Shown here one piece after another: positions 20,005 to 29,887 of a stretch of 64,000 nt of DNA (positions within the stretch are counted from its first letter, which is position 1; each line of letters opens with the position of its first letter). The notes below the pieces were generated by a model. That model was not told where the DNA came from and did not search any database. It was given only the letters and a program-made list of their open reading frames with translations. The DNA lies in the NCBI GenBank assembly GCA_963733295.1, contig CAVTCS010000003.1, positions 2,560,001-2,624,000 of the forward strand, read 5' to 3'. This DNA comes from Vulcanimicrobiota bacterium (GTDB lineage: Bacteria > Vulcanimicrobiota > Vulcanimicrobiia > Vulcanimicrobiales > Vulcanimicrobiaceae). The translations under genes were made by a program, and so were the position numbers.

Positions 20005-20561
20005 TGCATTTGGTCGAGCATGTGGCCGAGCGACCGCTTCACGTGCAGGGCCTTTTTGATCTCATCGGCCGAGACGAACGGATACTCGCCATACTCCAGG
20101 AAACTCGGCCGATGGTGATCGCGCACGAACTTGGTGAATGCCGGGACATTGGTCTTCCAGTCGTCAGGAAAGCCTTCCAGGTTCTCAAAGGACGTGCTCA
20201 ACCCAATTTTTCCGAAAAGCGCCACTGCGTCGTCGGTGTATTTGTCGAAGTCCGTGTCGAAGATGCCCTGGTACATAAAATACGTCTCGTTATTGATGTC
20301 GAAGAGGACCCACTTAAGATAGTGCAGCTTGAGCGACGCCAAAAAATTGGGGTCGCCTTTCAATGCTTTTTCAACGGCGTCGGCATACCCGCGCATCGCG
20401 GCTTCGCGGCCGGGCTTGAGCTTTGCGATCATCGTGAATCCATAGCAGGCCGGGGTTTTGGGGAAGATTGGTCCGTATTCGCCTTCCTTACGCTCGAAGT
20501 ACCCACCCTCTGGGATCGCCATCGCCTGTGGTTTGACCCAATCGCCGTCTTGCGCAGCCAT
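20001..20561 (-). CDS. Protein of unknown function, possible dimeric alpha+beta barrel fold (186 aa)
   Basis: SD AAGGAG before ATG; LHYLKWVLFD..YQGIFDTDFDKYTDD; stop overlaps the next start. Confidence 0.8.
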   Translation of the reverse strand: MAAQDGDWVKPQAMAIPEGGYFERKEGEYGPIFPKTPACYGFTMIAKLKPGREAAMRGYADAVEKALKGDPNFLASLKLHYLKWVLFDINNETYFMYQGIFDTDFDKYTDDAVALFGKIGLSTSFENLEGFPDDWKTNVPAFTKFVRDHHRPSFLEYGEYPFVSADEIKKALHVKRSLGHMLDQMQ

Positions 20562-20642
20562 CGCCTTCTCCTTATTGTCTGTCGGGGCCGTCCGCGTTCG
20601 TGCCGGCAAATGGCCGGACCTCGCGGATGATATGATTGGAAG

Positions 20643-21554
20643 ATGCTACCACCGCCAACTCCCGCCCCGGTGGCAACTCCCGCCCCGGTGGCAACCCCCG
20701 CGCCTGCGGCTACGCAGGCCCCGGTGCGTTCCGATCCATGCGGCGGCTATCAGGAGTTGTTAAAGAAATACTTATCCGCGTCGCCGTGCGTCTTTGTGGC
20801 CGGTCAAGGCGCGGTGCAGATGACGTATGCGGGTACGAACGTTCCCGAGGTCCTCACGCACACGGTCAACGGCAAAACGACGACCTTCACGATCTCGAGC
20901 AGTGCGTTCGGATATCCCGGCGCGATACTGCACGTCGGCGTGTCGCCGACCTCGCAGGTTACGATCGTGCTGCCCTCGTTCTCGCAAATCAGCAGCACGC
21001 AGAACGGGACCGTCGCCGGCGCGGACGATATGGAATTCCGCTACAAACAGCTAGCCTATACGAATCCGAAGGCGGGCATCTTAGCCGGTGTGCTGGCGAC
21101 CTACCAAGCCCCGACTGGGTCGCCCGCCCTCACGGCGCCAGGTCCGTCGTATGAAATCAATCCGCTCCTGAATATTGCCCTAAACCGGGCGAGGACGATC
21201 GCCGAGAACCTGTCGTTTCCGGTCACGAACGCATCCTCGGCGCAGCCCGGTGGCGCGCGAACGTGGAGCTTCTCGCCGCAAGCCGTCACGGTATGGCGCT
21301 CCCCTGGCGGGACGCTGCTGGCGGTCATCGGACAATATGGCGTTACGTCAAACAGGCTATATCTCACGCTGAATACCGCGCAGCTCATCGCACGGAACTT
21401 CCAAATTCAGGGAACATACGGCGGCAACAATGCGCCGGTCGACTACGTGAATCCCGTAGAGGACGTCCCGCACGCCGCCGGCACGGCCTATAGCCGAACG
21501 TTCACGATCGGCTTCACTTATCTCATGGGTTACAGCGCGGCTCCGTCGCGATAA
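20643..21554 (+). CDS. Putative beta-barrel/transporter-like protein with Pro-Ala-Thr repeat N-terminus
   Basis: Alternating beta-strand pattern, C-terminal FTIGFTYL; no clear signal peptide. Confidence 0.55.
   Translation: MLPPPTPAPVATPAPVATPAPAATQAPVRSDPCGGYQELLKKYLSASPCVFVAGQGAVQMTYAGTNVPEVLTHTVNGKTTTFTISSSAFGYPGAILHVGVSPTSQVTIVLPSFSQISSTQNGTVAGADDMEFRYKQLAYTNPKAGILAGVLATYQAPTGSPALTAPGPSYEINPLLNIALNRARTIAENLSFPVTNASSAQPGGARTWSFSPQAVTVWRSPGGTLLAVIGQYGVTSNRLYLTLNTAQLIARNFQIQGTYGGNNAPVDYVNPVEDVPHAAGTAYSRTFTIGFTYLMGYSAAPSR
20656..20709 (+). repeat. 18-bp coding tandem repeat x3 (TPAPVA)
   Basis: caactcccgccccggtgg twice plus one degenerate copy. Confidence 0.85.
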
Positions 21555-21559
21555 CCGCA

Positions 21560-22957
21560 ATGCGGAAATTCGATGTCATCGTCATCGGGGCTGGGCCGGC
21601 CGGGACCGCGGCAGCAATGCGCGCCGGCGACCTCGGCGCCAAGACCGCGTTGATCACGCGCGGTGCCTACGGCGGGATGGCGGCAAACGAAGGGCCGATT
21701 CCTGTTCGCGTTTTGGCGCATGCGGCGCGCTTGGCGCGTGAAGCACGCCAGCTGGCGCAGTACGGCATTGGCGTGGAACGGCCGTCACTTGACTATCCGC
21801 GCTTGCTGGAACGCGCGCGAGAGGTCGTCGGCGAGGCGCGCCGCCACTCCACGTTGCTCGAACAAATCAAAAACGCCGGCGTCGAGCTCTTCGAGCATGC
21901 CGGAACGGCCGAATTCGGCGATCCACAAACCATTCGCAGTGCGTCGGCACCGACGTTACGTGGCCAGCGGATAGTCATCTGTTCCGGCGGCGTGAGCCGC
22001 GCGCTCGACATTCCCGGCGGGCACTTGACGGTTACTCCTGGCGATGCCTTCTCCTTGACTGCCGTTCCAAAATCCATGATTGTGATCGGCGCGGGCGCGA
22101 CCGGCGTGCAAGTTGCGTCGATCTTCAATGCGCTCGGTTCTTCCGTGACAATCTGTCAGGCCGGCCCACGAATCATCGCGAGCGAAGACGCCGAAATTTC
22201 GGATGCCGTCGCTGCGGCCTTTGGCGAAGACGGCATCGCAATCCAGCAAGGTTTCGGTACGATCGAGCGCATCGACCGCACGGCGAAGGGCCTTACCGTA
22301 ACCTTGGGAGGCGGCCAACCGCCCCTTGAAGCCGAGGTAGTCGTTTGCGCGATCGGCTGGAGCGCCGATACCGACGCGCTGAACCTAAAGCTGCCCGGCG
22401 TCAAAACCAATTCGCGCGGTTTCATCGAGGTCGACGATTCGCTTCGCACGAGCGCTGCGCACATCTATGCAGCGGGCGACGTCATCGGCCGGTCGATGCT
22501 CGTTCCGCCCGCCGTTCGCGACGGATTCATCGCGGGAAACAATGCGGCCGGGGCAGAGCGGCTCACGGTGCCAGTCGACGTCGAGCCTGTCGGCAGCTTC
22601 ACGGATCCCGAGTACGCGAAGGTCGGACTGACTGAGGAGCAGGCCCGCGGACAATACGACGCAATCGTATCGCACGCGTCATACGCCGAAACGACGCGGC
22701 CGATCATCGACGGTCGAACTCGCGGATTCTGCAAGCTCATTATCGATCGCAACACGCACCAAATATTAGGCTGCCACATCGTCGGTGAGCGGGCCGTTGA
22801 GGTGACTCAAATGGCTGCGATCGCCATGACCGCTGGAATGACCGTCGATGCCGTAGCACGCATTCCGTTGTCGTTTCCAACCTACGCCAACGTCTTCGGG
22901 CGGGCGGCCTTGCGAGCAGTCCGAAAACTCGGCATCGGCGCGACCAGTGAGCTTTGA
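21560..22957 (+). CDS. Pyridine nucleotide-disulfide oxidoreductase family flavoprotein lacking redox cysteines
   Basis: GAGPAG and GAGATG Rossmann motifs, IYAAGDV, dimerisation domain; GGMAANEGPIP in place of GGxCxxxGCxP. Confidence 0.88.
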   Translation: MRKFDVIVIGAGPAGTAAAMRAGDLGAKTALITRGAYGGMAANEGPIPVRVLAHAARLAREARQLAQYGIGVERPSLDYPRLLERAREVVGEARRHSTLLEQIKNAGVELFEHAGTAEFGDPQTIRSASAPTLRGQRIVICSGGVSRALDIPGGHLTVTPGDAFSLTAVPKSMIVIGAGATGVQVASIFNALGSSVTICQAGPRIIASEDAEISDAVAAAFGEDGIAIQQGFGTIERIDRTAKGLTVTLGGGQPPLEAEVVVCAIGWSADTDALNLKLPGVKTNSRGFIEVDDSLRTSAAHIYAAGDVIGRSMLVPPAVRDGFIAGNNAAGAERLTVPVDVEPVGSFTDPEYAKVGLTEEQARGQYDAIVSHASYAETTRPIIDGRTRGFCKLIIDRNTHQILGCHIVGERAVEVTQMAAIAMTAGMTVDAVARIPLSFPTYANVFGRAALRAVRKLGIGATSEL

Positions 22958-23079
22958 CTTCTTTAACGAACACCCGGCGTTGCCCCAGCATGTCCGAGAG
23001 ACCCCGCCCACGACGGCGGCGCGACAGCCGATAGAGAAGCCTCCTTTCCGGTAAGAAGAAACGTCGCGATTGAATAGGC

Positions 23080-25395
23080 GTGAACGGCGCCCGCCTGCTT
23101 CCGCTCGCCGTTGCGTTCGTCGCCGGTATCGCAGCCCATCGGCACGGACTCGCGTTTCCTTTGCTCTTTGCGGCTGCAGCCTGCGCAGCCGTTCGGCGGC
23201 TGCCGAACGCCGTGCGTGCCGGCGTGCCCGTCGCATGCGCGCTCGGCGTTCTGAGCGCCGCAGTTCGCGGATCTGCGCCGGCCGATGCGCCGAACCGGCC
23301 GCAGCTGTTCCACGCCGTCGTGCTCGCCACGGAACAAAGCGTTTCCGATACGGCCGAGGTCACGCTCAAGCTCGACGACGGACGGCGGGTCCTGGCCTTC
23401 ATCGCCGGCGCTCCGGAAGAGGCCGGGCGGCAGCTGCTCGTGCACGGGACGTTCGAGCCGCTCGACGAGCCGCGCAATCCCGGAGAGCCGTCGGCGCGCG
23501 AACTCGGCGCGGAGCGCGGCATCGATGGGCGCATCTTTCGGCCGCGCATCCTGCGCAGCGACCCGGTGGATCCGCGCGATCCTTCGCTGTGGTTGCCGCG
23601 AGCGCGCGCTTGGGCGGCACAAACGCTTCGCCGCGAGCTGCCGGAACCCGACGCGACGATTCTCGCGGGCGCACTATGGGGCGAACGGGGCGCCCTGCCT
23701 CCCGACCTCCGGGCGGAATTCCAGGACACGGGCACGGTGCACGTTCTGGTTACCGCCGGTTTGCATTTGGGTGTTGTGGCCTGGCTCGCAGTCGTCGCGT
23801 TGCGTACCGCCGGTTGCGGTCGCGTCTCGTCCTCCCTCGCCACAATCGCACTCGTCTGGCTCTACGCCGTCTTCACCGGCGCACATTTACCCTCACTGCG
23901 CGCGGCGACGATGCTTTCGTTCGGACTCTTGGCGCGGGCTTCGGGCCGCGAGGCCTTGAGTTGGAACGCGCTGGCGGCCGCGGCAATCGTGTGCGGGGCG
24001 CTGCGCCCGGCCTCGGTCCTCTCGCTTTCGTTCGCGCTCTCGTTTTCGTGCGTGGGCTCGATCCTCTTGTTTGCGAAGACGATCGCCGGCGAACTCGAAC
24101 GCGTCGCGCTTCCCTCGTTCGCCAGGGACGCGATCGCGTTGACGTTCGCAACCCAACTCGGGACGTGGCCCCTCACCGCTGCCGCGTTTCTCGTTTTCGC
24201 TCCGTACGCCGCGCCGGCGAACGTCTGCGTGATTCCGGCCGTCGGCGTCGCAATGCTGACCGGTTTCGTCGAGTTGGCGCTGAGCGGCATCCCGCCGCTC
24301 GCGCACGCCGCCGCGAACGTCGAAACCTCGCTGCTCGACTGGATCGTCGGCGTGGTCCGGTTCGTCGCCGGATTGCCCGGCGCACACGTCACCATGACGC
24401 CGCCCCCGGCCTGGACGATTCTCGCATACGACCTCGCGCTGCTCGCTGCGGCGGCGTTGCTGCACGGCCGGAAGCGTGCTGCCGCGCTGGCGCTCGTGGC
24501 ACTTGCAGCGGCGTTCTGCGTTTGGCCTCCGCGTGCCCCGGACCACGCCCTGAGAATCATCGCACTCGATGTCGGGCAAGCCGACGCGCTCCTCATACGC
24601 ACGCCGAACGGTCACGCCTTTCTCGTCGACGCGGGCGGCCAACTCGAACGTGGCCCGCAACGCGACGGCGCCTCGCGCGCCGAGGCGGTCGGCGAGCGGG
24701 TCGTCGTACCGCTTCTCATCCGCCAAGGGATACACCATCTCGATGCGATCTTGCTCTCGCATCCGCACGGCGATCATGCCGGCGGAATCGCGCCGGTGTC
24801 TCCGTTCGCTGGGCGCCGAGCAGATTCGCCGACAGCGGGCAGACATATCCTGGACATGCGTATCGCGACGCGCTCGAGGTCGCGCTAGAAAAGCGCATGT
24901 CCGATGCTCGAACCCCGCGGCGGCGACGTCTGGCATACGGACGACGGTGTGACGTTCCGCTTCTACGGTCCGACGTCGCCCTACATTACCGGATCCCGGA
25001 GCGATATCAATAGTAATTCGCTCGTGTTCCGCTTGGAGTTCGGCCATTTCCAAATGCTCTTCATGGGTGATGCCGGCCGGGAAACGGAGGAACGCTTGCT
25101 GGCCGACGGTGTCGATCTGCACGCCGGCGTCCTCAAAGTCGGCCACCACGGCTCGGCATACGGAACCACGCCGGCGTTTCTGCGCGCCGTCTCGGCACGC
25201 GCAGCGATCGTCTCGGTCGGCCGCCACAATCTCTTCGGCCACCCCGCCGCGACGACGCTTCGCGCGTTGCAAGATTCGGGCGCGACGGTGTACCGCACCG
25301 ATCGCGATGGTGCCGTTACCGTCGAGAGTGACGGAAAGGGGTTTTCGGTGAAAGGGTACTTGCTACGCGACGCCGGGATTGCGATTCGGGGCTAA
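23080..25395 (+). CDS. comEC: DNA uptake channel ComEC/Rec2 with MBL domain, disrupted at ~24799-24903 (pseudogene or assembly error)
   Basis: GTVHVLVTAGLH, FALSF, LDVGQAD, SHPHGDH, NSNSLV, LKVGHHGS, SVGRHNLFGHP; junction segment split across three frames. Confidence 0.88.
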
Positions 25396-25453
25396 TTTGA
25401 GCTCTTGGGCGGCGCTAGAGGAATTGAGCGTCTCGCGTTATTGAGTGGCCTAC

Positions 25454-26321
25454 ATGCGGAAGCCCCAGGTGATCGTGGTAGGCGCCGGGCCAGCGGGATC
25501 GTGTTTGGCCTCCTGCTCGCCCGCAGCGGCATCAACGTCACGGTTCTCGAGCAGGCTACAACCTTCGCTCGCGACTTTCGTGGCGAAGTTATTCAGCCGG
25601 GAGTCATTCGGATTCTCGGCGACCTCGGTCTGCGCGAACGCCTTCTCACGCTCAGCGGCGGCTTTCCCGAAGGCATCGATATCCAGTACGGTCGGAAAAC
25701 CCTGAGTTTCGACTTCCCGCGAGTTTCGAGCCAACGCGGTGCGGCGGCAATGCGATTGTGCCGCAGCAGCGGCTCCTTGAAATTCTTGCCGCCGAAGCAA
25801 CGCTCCAAACCAATTTCACATTCACAATGGGCTGCTCGGTGCGCGGACTCTTACGCGACGCATACGGCATCGTTGGCGTTCGTGCACAGCTCCACGACGG
25901 CGAATCCGTCGAGCTCCGCGCCGACATCGTCGTCGGTTGTGACGGACGGTTTTCAGCAGTTCGGCGGACAGCCGGAATCGAATAACGCGAGAAACACATC
26001 GCCTTCGACTTGCTATGGTTCTCGATACCGATCCCTGACGGCGTTACGAATCGACTGCGCGTGCGCACAAAGGACAACGAACTGTTCGTCGCATTCGCGA
26101 GCCGCAGTCAGAGAATGCAGCTCGGATGGCTGATCCGTAAGGGTGAATACGGTCGCTTACGCGAGCGACCGTTCGGCGAAGTCGTGAATTGCATCGCGGC
26201 TCACGTTCCCGCTGCGTGTGGTGACACGGTTCGACAGACGTTGAAGGGCTGGCCGGATTTGTATTTACTCCCCGTCGTCAGTCAAATTGCAGAGCGGTAG
26301 TCGGAACCCGGCCTGCTGCTG
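25454..26321 (+). pseudogene. FAD-dependent monooxygenase pseudogene
   Basis: VIVVGAGPAG, VVGCDGRFS; frameshifts near 25495 and 25752, nonsense codons at 25983 (TAA) and 26298 (TAG), truncated after PGLLL. Confidence 0.85.
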
Positions 26322-26347
26322 TGAAATGACCCCGCGGTTTCTGGACA
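26322..26347 (+). mobile_element. Probable IS3-family terminal inverted repeat
   Basis: TGAAATGACCCCGCGGTTTCTGGACA (TG start, IS3-like) exactly where the monooxygenase is cut off. Confidence 0.45.
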
Positions 26348-26385
26348 GTTGTCTTGTCTAAATCTGATTGCGTCGGTTCATGCGG

Positions 26386-26787
26386 CTACGATGTACGTCC
26401 CCAAGCTTGCGCCCCGATTTTCCATTCGTCACGTTCCCTGGAGAACGTATACGCTAGGGTGCCGGTCCGAGCCGCGGTCTGACCCTTAATCGTCACCGTA
26501 AGGGTGCCGGAGATTACGGCGTAAGCCGATGACCCTTCGACATTCCAGAATCCCATTTCGTACGACAGATGCTCGTACGTGACGCCGAGGTCCTTACGCC
26601 ATTTCTCTACATCGGCGAGCCAATTGGCCGGAGCATTGGGGTTCAACCAGCGGTAGGGCGCGATTCCGTCGATGATGATTGCGTTTTCGGCAAAGACACT
26701 GCGGAATATTTCAGTGCTCTGGGCGTTAAAGCCGTTGATGTGTTTCTCAATTAAACTCTGGATTTCAGCCGGCGGGGCGTTAGACAT
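26386..26787 (-). CDS. NTF2/SnoaL-like (DUF4440-like) protein
   Basis: Size and pattern FN.....F..A.IID, AYAV, WKI....W. Confidence 0.75.
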   Translation of the reverse strand: MSNAPPAEIQSLIEKHINGFNAQSTEIFRSVFAENAIIIDGIAPYRWLNPNAPANWLADVEKWRKDLGVTYEHLSYEMGFWNVEGSSAYAVISGTLTVTIKGQTAARTGTLAYTFSRERDEWKIGAQAWGRTS

Positions 26788-26789
26788 GG

Positions 26790-27040
26790 TTACCCTCCAG
26801 TGCACGCGGTTGTATTGTTCATCATCTGCTGCCAGTCAGTCGGCGACTGATAGCCAAGCCTTGAGTGCGGCGGAACTCGTTGTGGTGCTTCACTCACGCC
26901 GTGATCGCAGCCTTTGCCGCATCGTAGGTATCGAAGCGCTGCCGCCAGATGCATTCGAGCTTCAAGGTTCCCATGAAGGACTCGGCGACGCCATTTTGCC
27001 TGGGCGGTGCGGAAGAATGAATTCCTGCTGGATGCCGTAT
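26790..27040 (-). mobile_element. IS3-family transposase C-terminal remnant (integrase core), internal stop
   Basis: PRQNGVAESFMGTLKLECIW...FDTYDAAKAAITA*VKHHNEFR..QGLGYQSP. Confidence 0.8.
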
Positions 27041-27042
27041 GA

Positions 27043-27184
27043 CTCGCGGCGGAAACATGGCGCACCGACTACAACGAGCGCCGCCCACACACGACCCTCG
27101 GCGGAATGACCCCGGCGGAGTTCCTAAAAACCTTCAAACAACCCGACCCACTGCTTCAAGCGGCCCTATGATCGGGGCAACGTC
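27043..27184 (+). mobile_element. Second IS3-family (IS407-like) transposase 3' remnant with probable right end
   Basis: Translates as AAETWRTDYNERRPHTTLGGMTPAEF..., stop at 27169-27171, then CGGGGCAACGTC end-like motif. Confidence 0.72.
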
Positions 27185-27700
27185 GCTTCGCGCCGGACAA
27201 ATCCGAGGGATCAAGTGTCGTTGCGACGGGCGGTACCTGATAGCCCGGCGTGATCAGTCCGGTCGGAGGTGGTCCGGTGTCGCATATGTCAGTGGATTCG
27301 TCCGGCGGATTTGTCGCTTGAGGACACACTGTCGGGTCGCATGCAACGAACGTGGTCGAGATAGGGCCATAAAGTGGCGTAGTCGACGTCCCGGGACTTG
27401 GTACTGTGTACCACGCCCCAACAAGTGGATACGAAGCGGGTTCAGTATCCGTCTCCGTTTGAATCGTTTCCATCTGGATGTACTCGACACCGGTTCCAGT
27501 CGGGGTGGGGTAAGCGGGTTGCGGCGACACCACGATATTCGAATCCGAGGCCGGCGAAGACAGAACTAGGAAATACAACGGCGATCTCATCCTTGCTCGA
27601 TCCAGCGAACGAGTAATTGTGGATGGCCCCAACCGAAAAGCAACAATTTGAAGGGAAGAAACGGCCAGGCGGATATGTCCCTGCGAAGATGTCGATGAAG

Positions 27701-29785
27701 ATGAAAAGCCTTGCTGCGGCGCTGCTGGCTGCCCTCGCCATGACGTCGTATCGGCCCGTGCCGCTCGCGGCGCAGTCAGAAGCAACGCCCACGACCGAGA
27801 ACTGGAATCTTTCGGCCGCTCAGATCAAGACTGGCTGCTCCGCCGCCATCGCCACGGCCCGAAAGGCGGTAACCGCACTGGCCGCGTTCAAGGGACCGCA
27901 CACGTTCTTGAGCGTCGTTCTGCCGCTCGAAAACCTCAGCTCGGACCTAAGTGACAGCCTGGTCGCGCAGACGTTCCTGTTTAGCGTCGCCCTCGAGAAG
28001 AACGTCCGATCGGCCTCGCTGGATTGCAACAACGACGTGGCCGCCTTCGGCATCGACGAGACGGCGAATCCGGCGATTTACGCGGCGCTCGTGCAAGCAA
28101 AGAAAAGCCACACCGCCAAAGATGTCTACGACCGGGCGTTGACCGATCTGTGGATCCAGCAGTACCGGCTTGCCGGTGCGGGCCTTCCGGCAAAACAGCG
28201 CGCCGAGTTCGTGGCGCTCAGCAAGAAGCTTAACGACCTGCAGAACCGGGCCGTCGAGAATTTTGCGAACGACGCGACGACGATCGAGCTTACGAAGGAC
28301 GAGGCCGCCGGTCTCCCGGCCGACTTTCTGGCTTCGCTCAAGACCGCTTCCGACGCAAGTTACGTCGTCCCGGTAAACGACAGCACGTACTCGATCGTCA
28401 TGAGCAATTTGCCGAATGCAGCGGGGCGTAAACGGTTTTTCCTGGCTTACGACAACATTCAGGTACCCGCCAACATAAAGGCATTAGACCAGGAGATCGC
28501 GTTACGCGATCGGTTGGCACACTTGATGGGTTTTTCGACATTTGCCGCGTACCAAATGGCCACGCGCACGGTGACGCAGCCGAGCAAGATCGAGGTATTC
28601 TTAGATCAGCTCGACGCGCACCTTCTGCCTTCCGCGCGTGGAAACATCGGCACCCTCACCGCTTTGAAAGCGAGCGAGACCGGCGATCCGCGCGCATCGC
28701 TCGACCCGTGGGACGTCTTCTATTACGTGAACGATTTGCAAAAGACGAAATACGCGGTCGATCAGAACGAAGTGCGCCAGTACTTTCCGGCCCCGCACGT
28801 CGTCGATGCGATTCTCAAGATCTATCAAACGATACTCGGCGTGACCTTTACCGTCGTGTCGCCTGCTAACAATTGGAATCCGGACGTCACCGAATACGCG
28901 GTAAGCGACACCGCCAGCGGCCGGTTCATCGGAACGTTCCTGCTCGACCTCTATCCGCGTGAGGGGAAGCCCGGTGGCGCTTTCAACGCTCCGATCCTGC
29001 CGGTGCGACGCCTCGCGAACGGCTCGCAGCGAGCGCCGATCTCGACGATCATCGTGAGCGACTGGCCCGCTCCACTCAACGGGAAGCCGGCCCTGCTGAC
29101 GCACGGTGACGTGACGACGTTCTTTCACGAGTTCGGCCACAACATGGCGGCGTTGCTCACGACGGTTCCCTACGAGTCACTTACGCAGTTCAACCAAGAC
29201 TTTGTTGAAGCTCCTTCCCAGATGCTCGAAAACTTCACCTGGGATCCGGCGATTCTCAAGCTGATCAGCTCGAACGTCGATACGGGCCAACCGCTTCCCG
29301 ACGAGCTCATCGCAAAGATGATCGACGCGCGTTGCGCGAGCGACCGGCTCTGCAACGCCTACGCGGCGGTGCAACAGATCGTCCTCTCGGTCGCCGATCT
29401 GAAGTATCATACCGCGGGGCCGAAGCTCGATACGACCGGCGTTTGGGCGCAGACCGCACGCGAATATTCACCCATGCCGCTGGCTTCGGACGCGCATCCG
29501 CAGGCTCAATTCACCCACATCCTGGGGGGCGGCTACGCCGCGGGTTACTACGTCTATCTGTGGTCGCTGGTCTACGCCCAAGACATGTTCACGGCATTTC
29601 AGAAGGGCGGCTTGGAGAGCCCCGTGGTGGGCATGCGCTACCGCAAAACCATCCTCGAACCGGCCCGCACCTACAGCCCCGATGTCGAGGTTGCGAATTT
29701 CCTGGGCCGGCCGATGAGCCCGGCAGCCTTCTACGCCGGCTTCGACCGGGTCGATGCGGGCGCGCCGGTTCCGCCCGCGAAGTAG
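27701..29785 (+). CDS. Secreted M3-family metallopeptidase (thimet oligopeptidase-like)
   Basis: Signal peptide; DLYPREGK, FFHEFGH, DFVEAPSQMLEN, GYAAGYYVYLWS. Confidence 0.93.
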   Translation: MKSLAAALLAALAMTSYRPVPLAAQSEATPTTENWNLSAAQIKTGCSAAIATARKAVTALAAFKGPHTFLSVVLPLENLSSDLSDSLVAQTFLFSVALEKNVRSASLDCNNDVAAFGIDETANPAIYAALVQAKKSHTAKDVYDRALTDLWIQQYRLAGAGLPAKQRAEFVALSKKLNDLQNRAVENFANDATTIELTKDEAAGLPADFLASLKTASDASYVVPVNDSTYSIVMSNLPNAAGRKRFFLAYDNIQVPANIKALDQEIALRDRLAHLMGFSTFAAYQMATRTVTQPSKIEVFLDQLDAHLLPSARGNIGTLTALKASETGDPRASLDPWDVFYYVNDLQKTKYAVDQNEVRQYFPAPHVVDAILKIYQTILGVTFTVVSPANNWNPDVTEYAVSDTASGRFIGTFLLDLYPREGKPGGAFNAPILPVRRLANGSQRAPISTIIVSDWPAPLNGKPALLTHGDVTTFFHEFGHNMAALLTTVPYESLTQFNQDFVEAPSQMLENFTWDPAILKLISSNVDTGQPLPDELIAKMIDARCASDRLCNAYAAVQQIVLSVADLKYHTAGPKLDTTGVWAQTAREYSPMPLASDAHPQAQFTHILGGGYAAGYYVYLWSLVYAQDMFTAFQKGGLESPVVGMRYRKTILEPARTYSPDVEVANFLGRPMSPAAFYAGFDRVDAGAPVPPAK

Positions 29786-29887
29786 CAAGCCCGCACACTG
29801 ACAAAGGGCTCAGGCTCGGTAAAGGCTGAGCCCAAGGTCTAGCCGGGATCTTTTCACCTTGCTCGCTGGTTCGAGGAGGCCCCTACG

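Noticed and set aside
24886..24888. TAG between in-frame comEC halves as pyrrolysine or readthrough
   Set aside because: The surrounding in-frame peptide is garbled and the ComEC-like sequence lies in the other two frames, so frameshifts explain it
23070..25272. Long alternative-frame and antisense ORFs (e.g. 23070..25013, 23893..25272, 6537..7763, 53176..54429)
   Set aside because: Arg/Ala-rich shadow ORFs expected in high-GC DNA, overlapping well-supported genes
25983..26300. TAA/TAG in the monooxygenase as recoding
   Set aside because: They accompany two frameshifts and a truncation, which indicates ordinary pseudogene decay
26894..26896. In-frame TGA in the transposase remnant as a second selenocysteine
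   Set aside because: The position corresponds to an aromatic residue (likely TGG to TGA) in a truncated IS fragment, with no Cys-type motif
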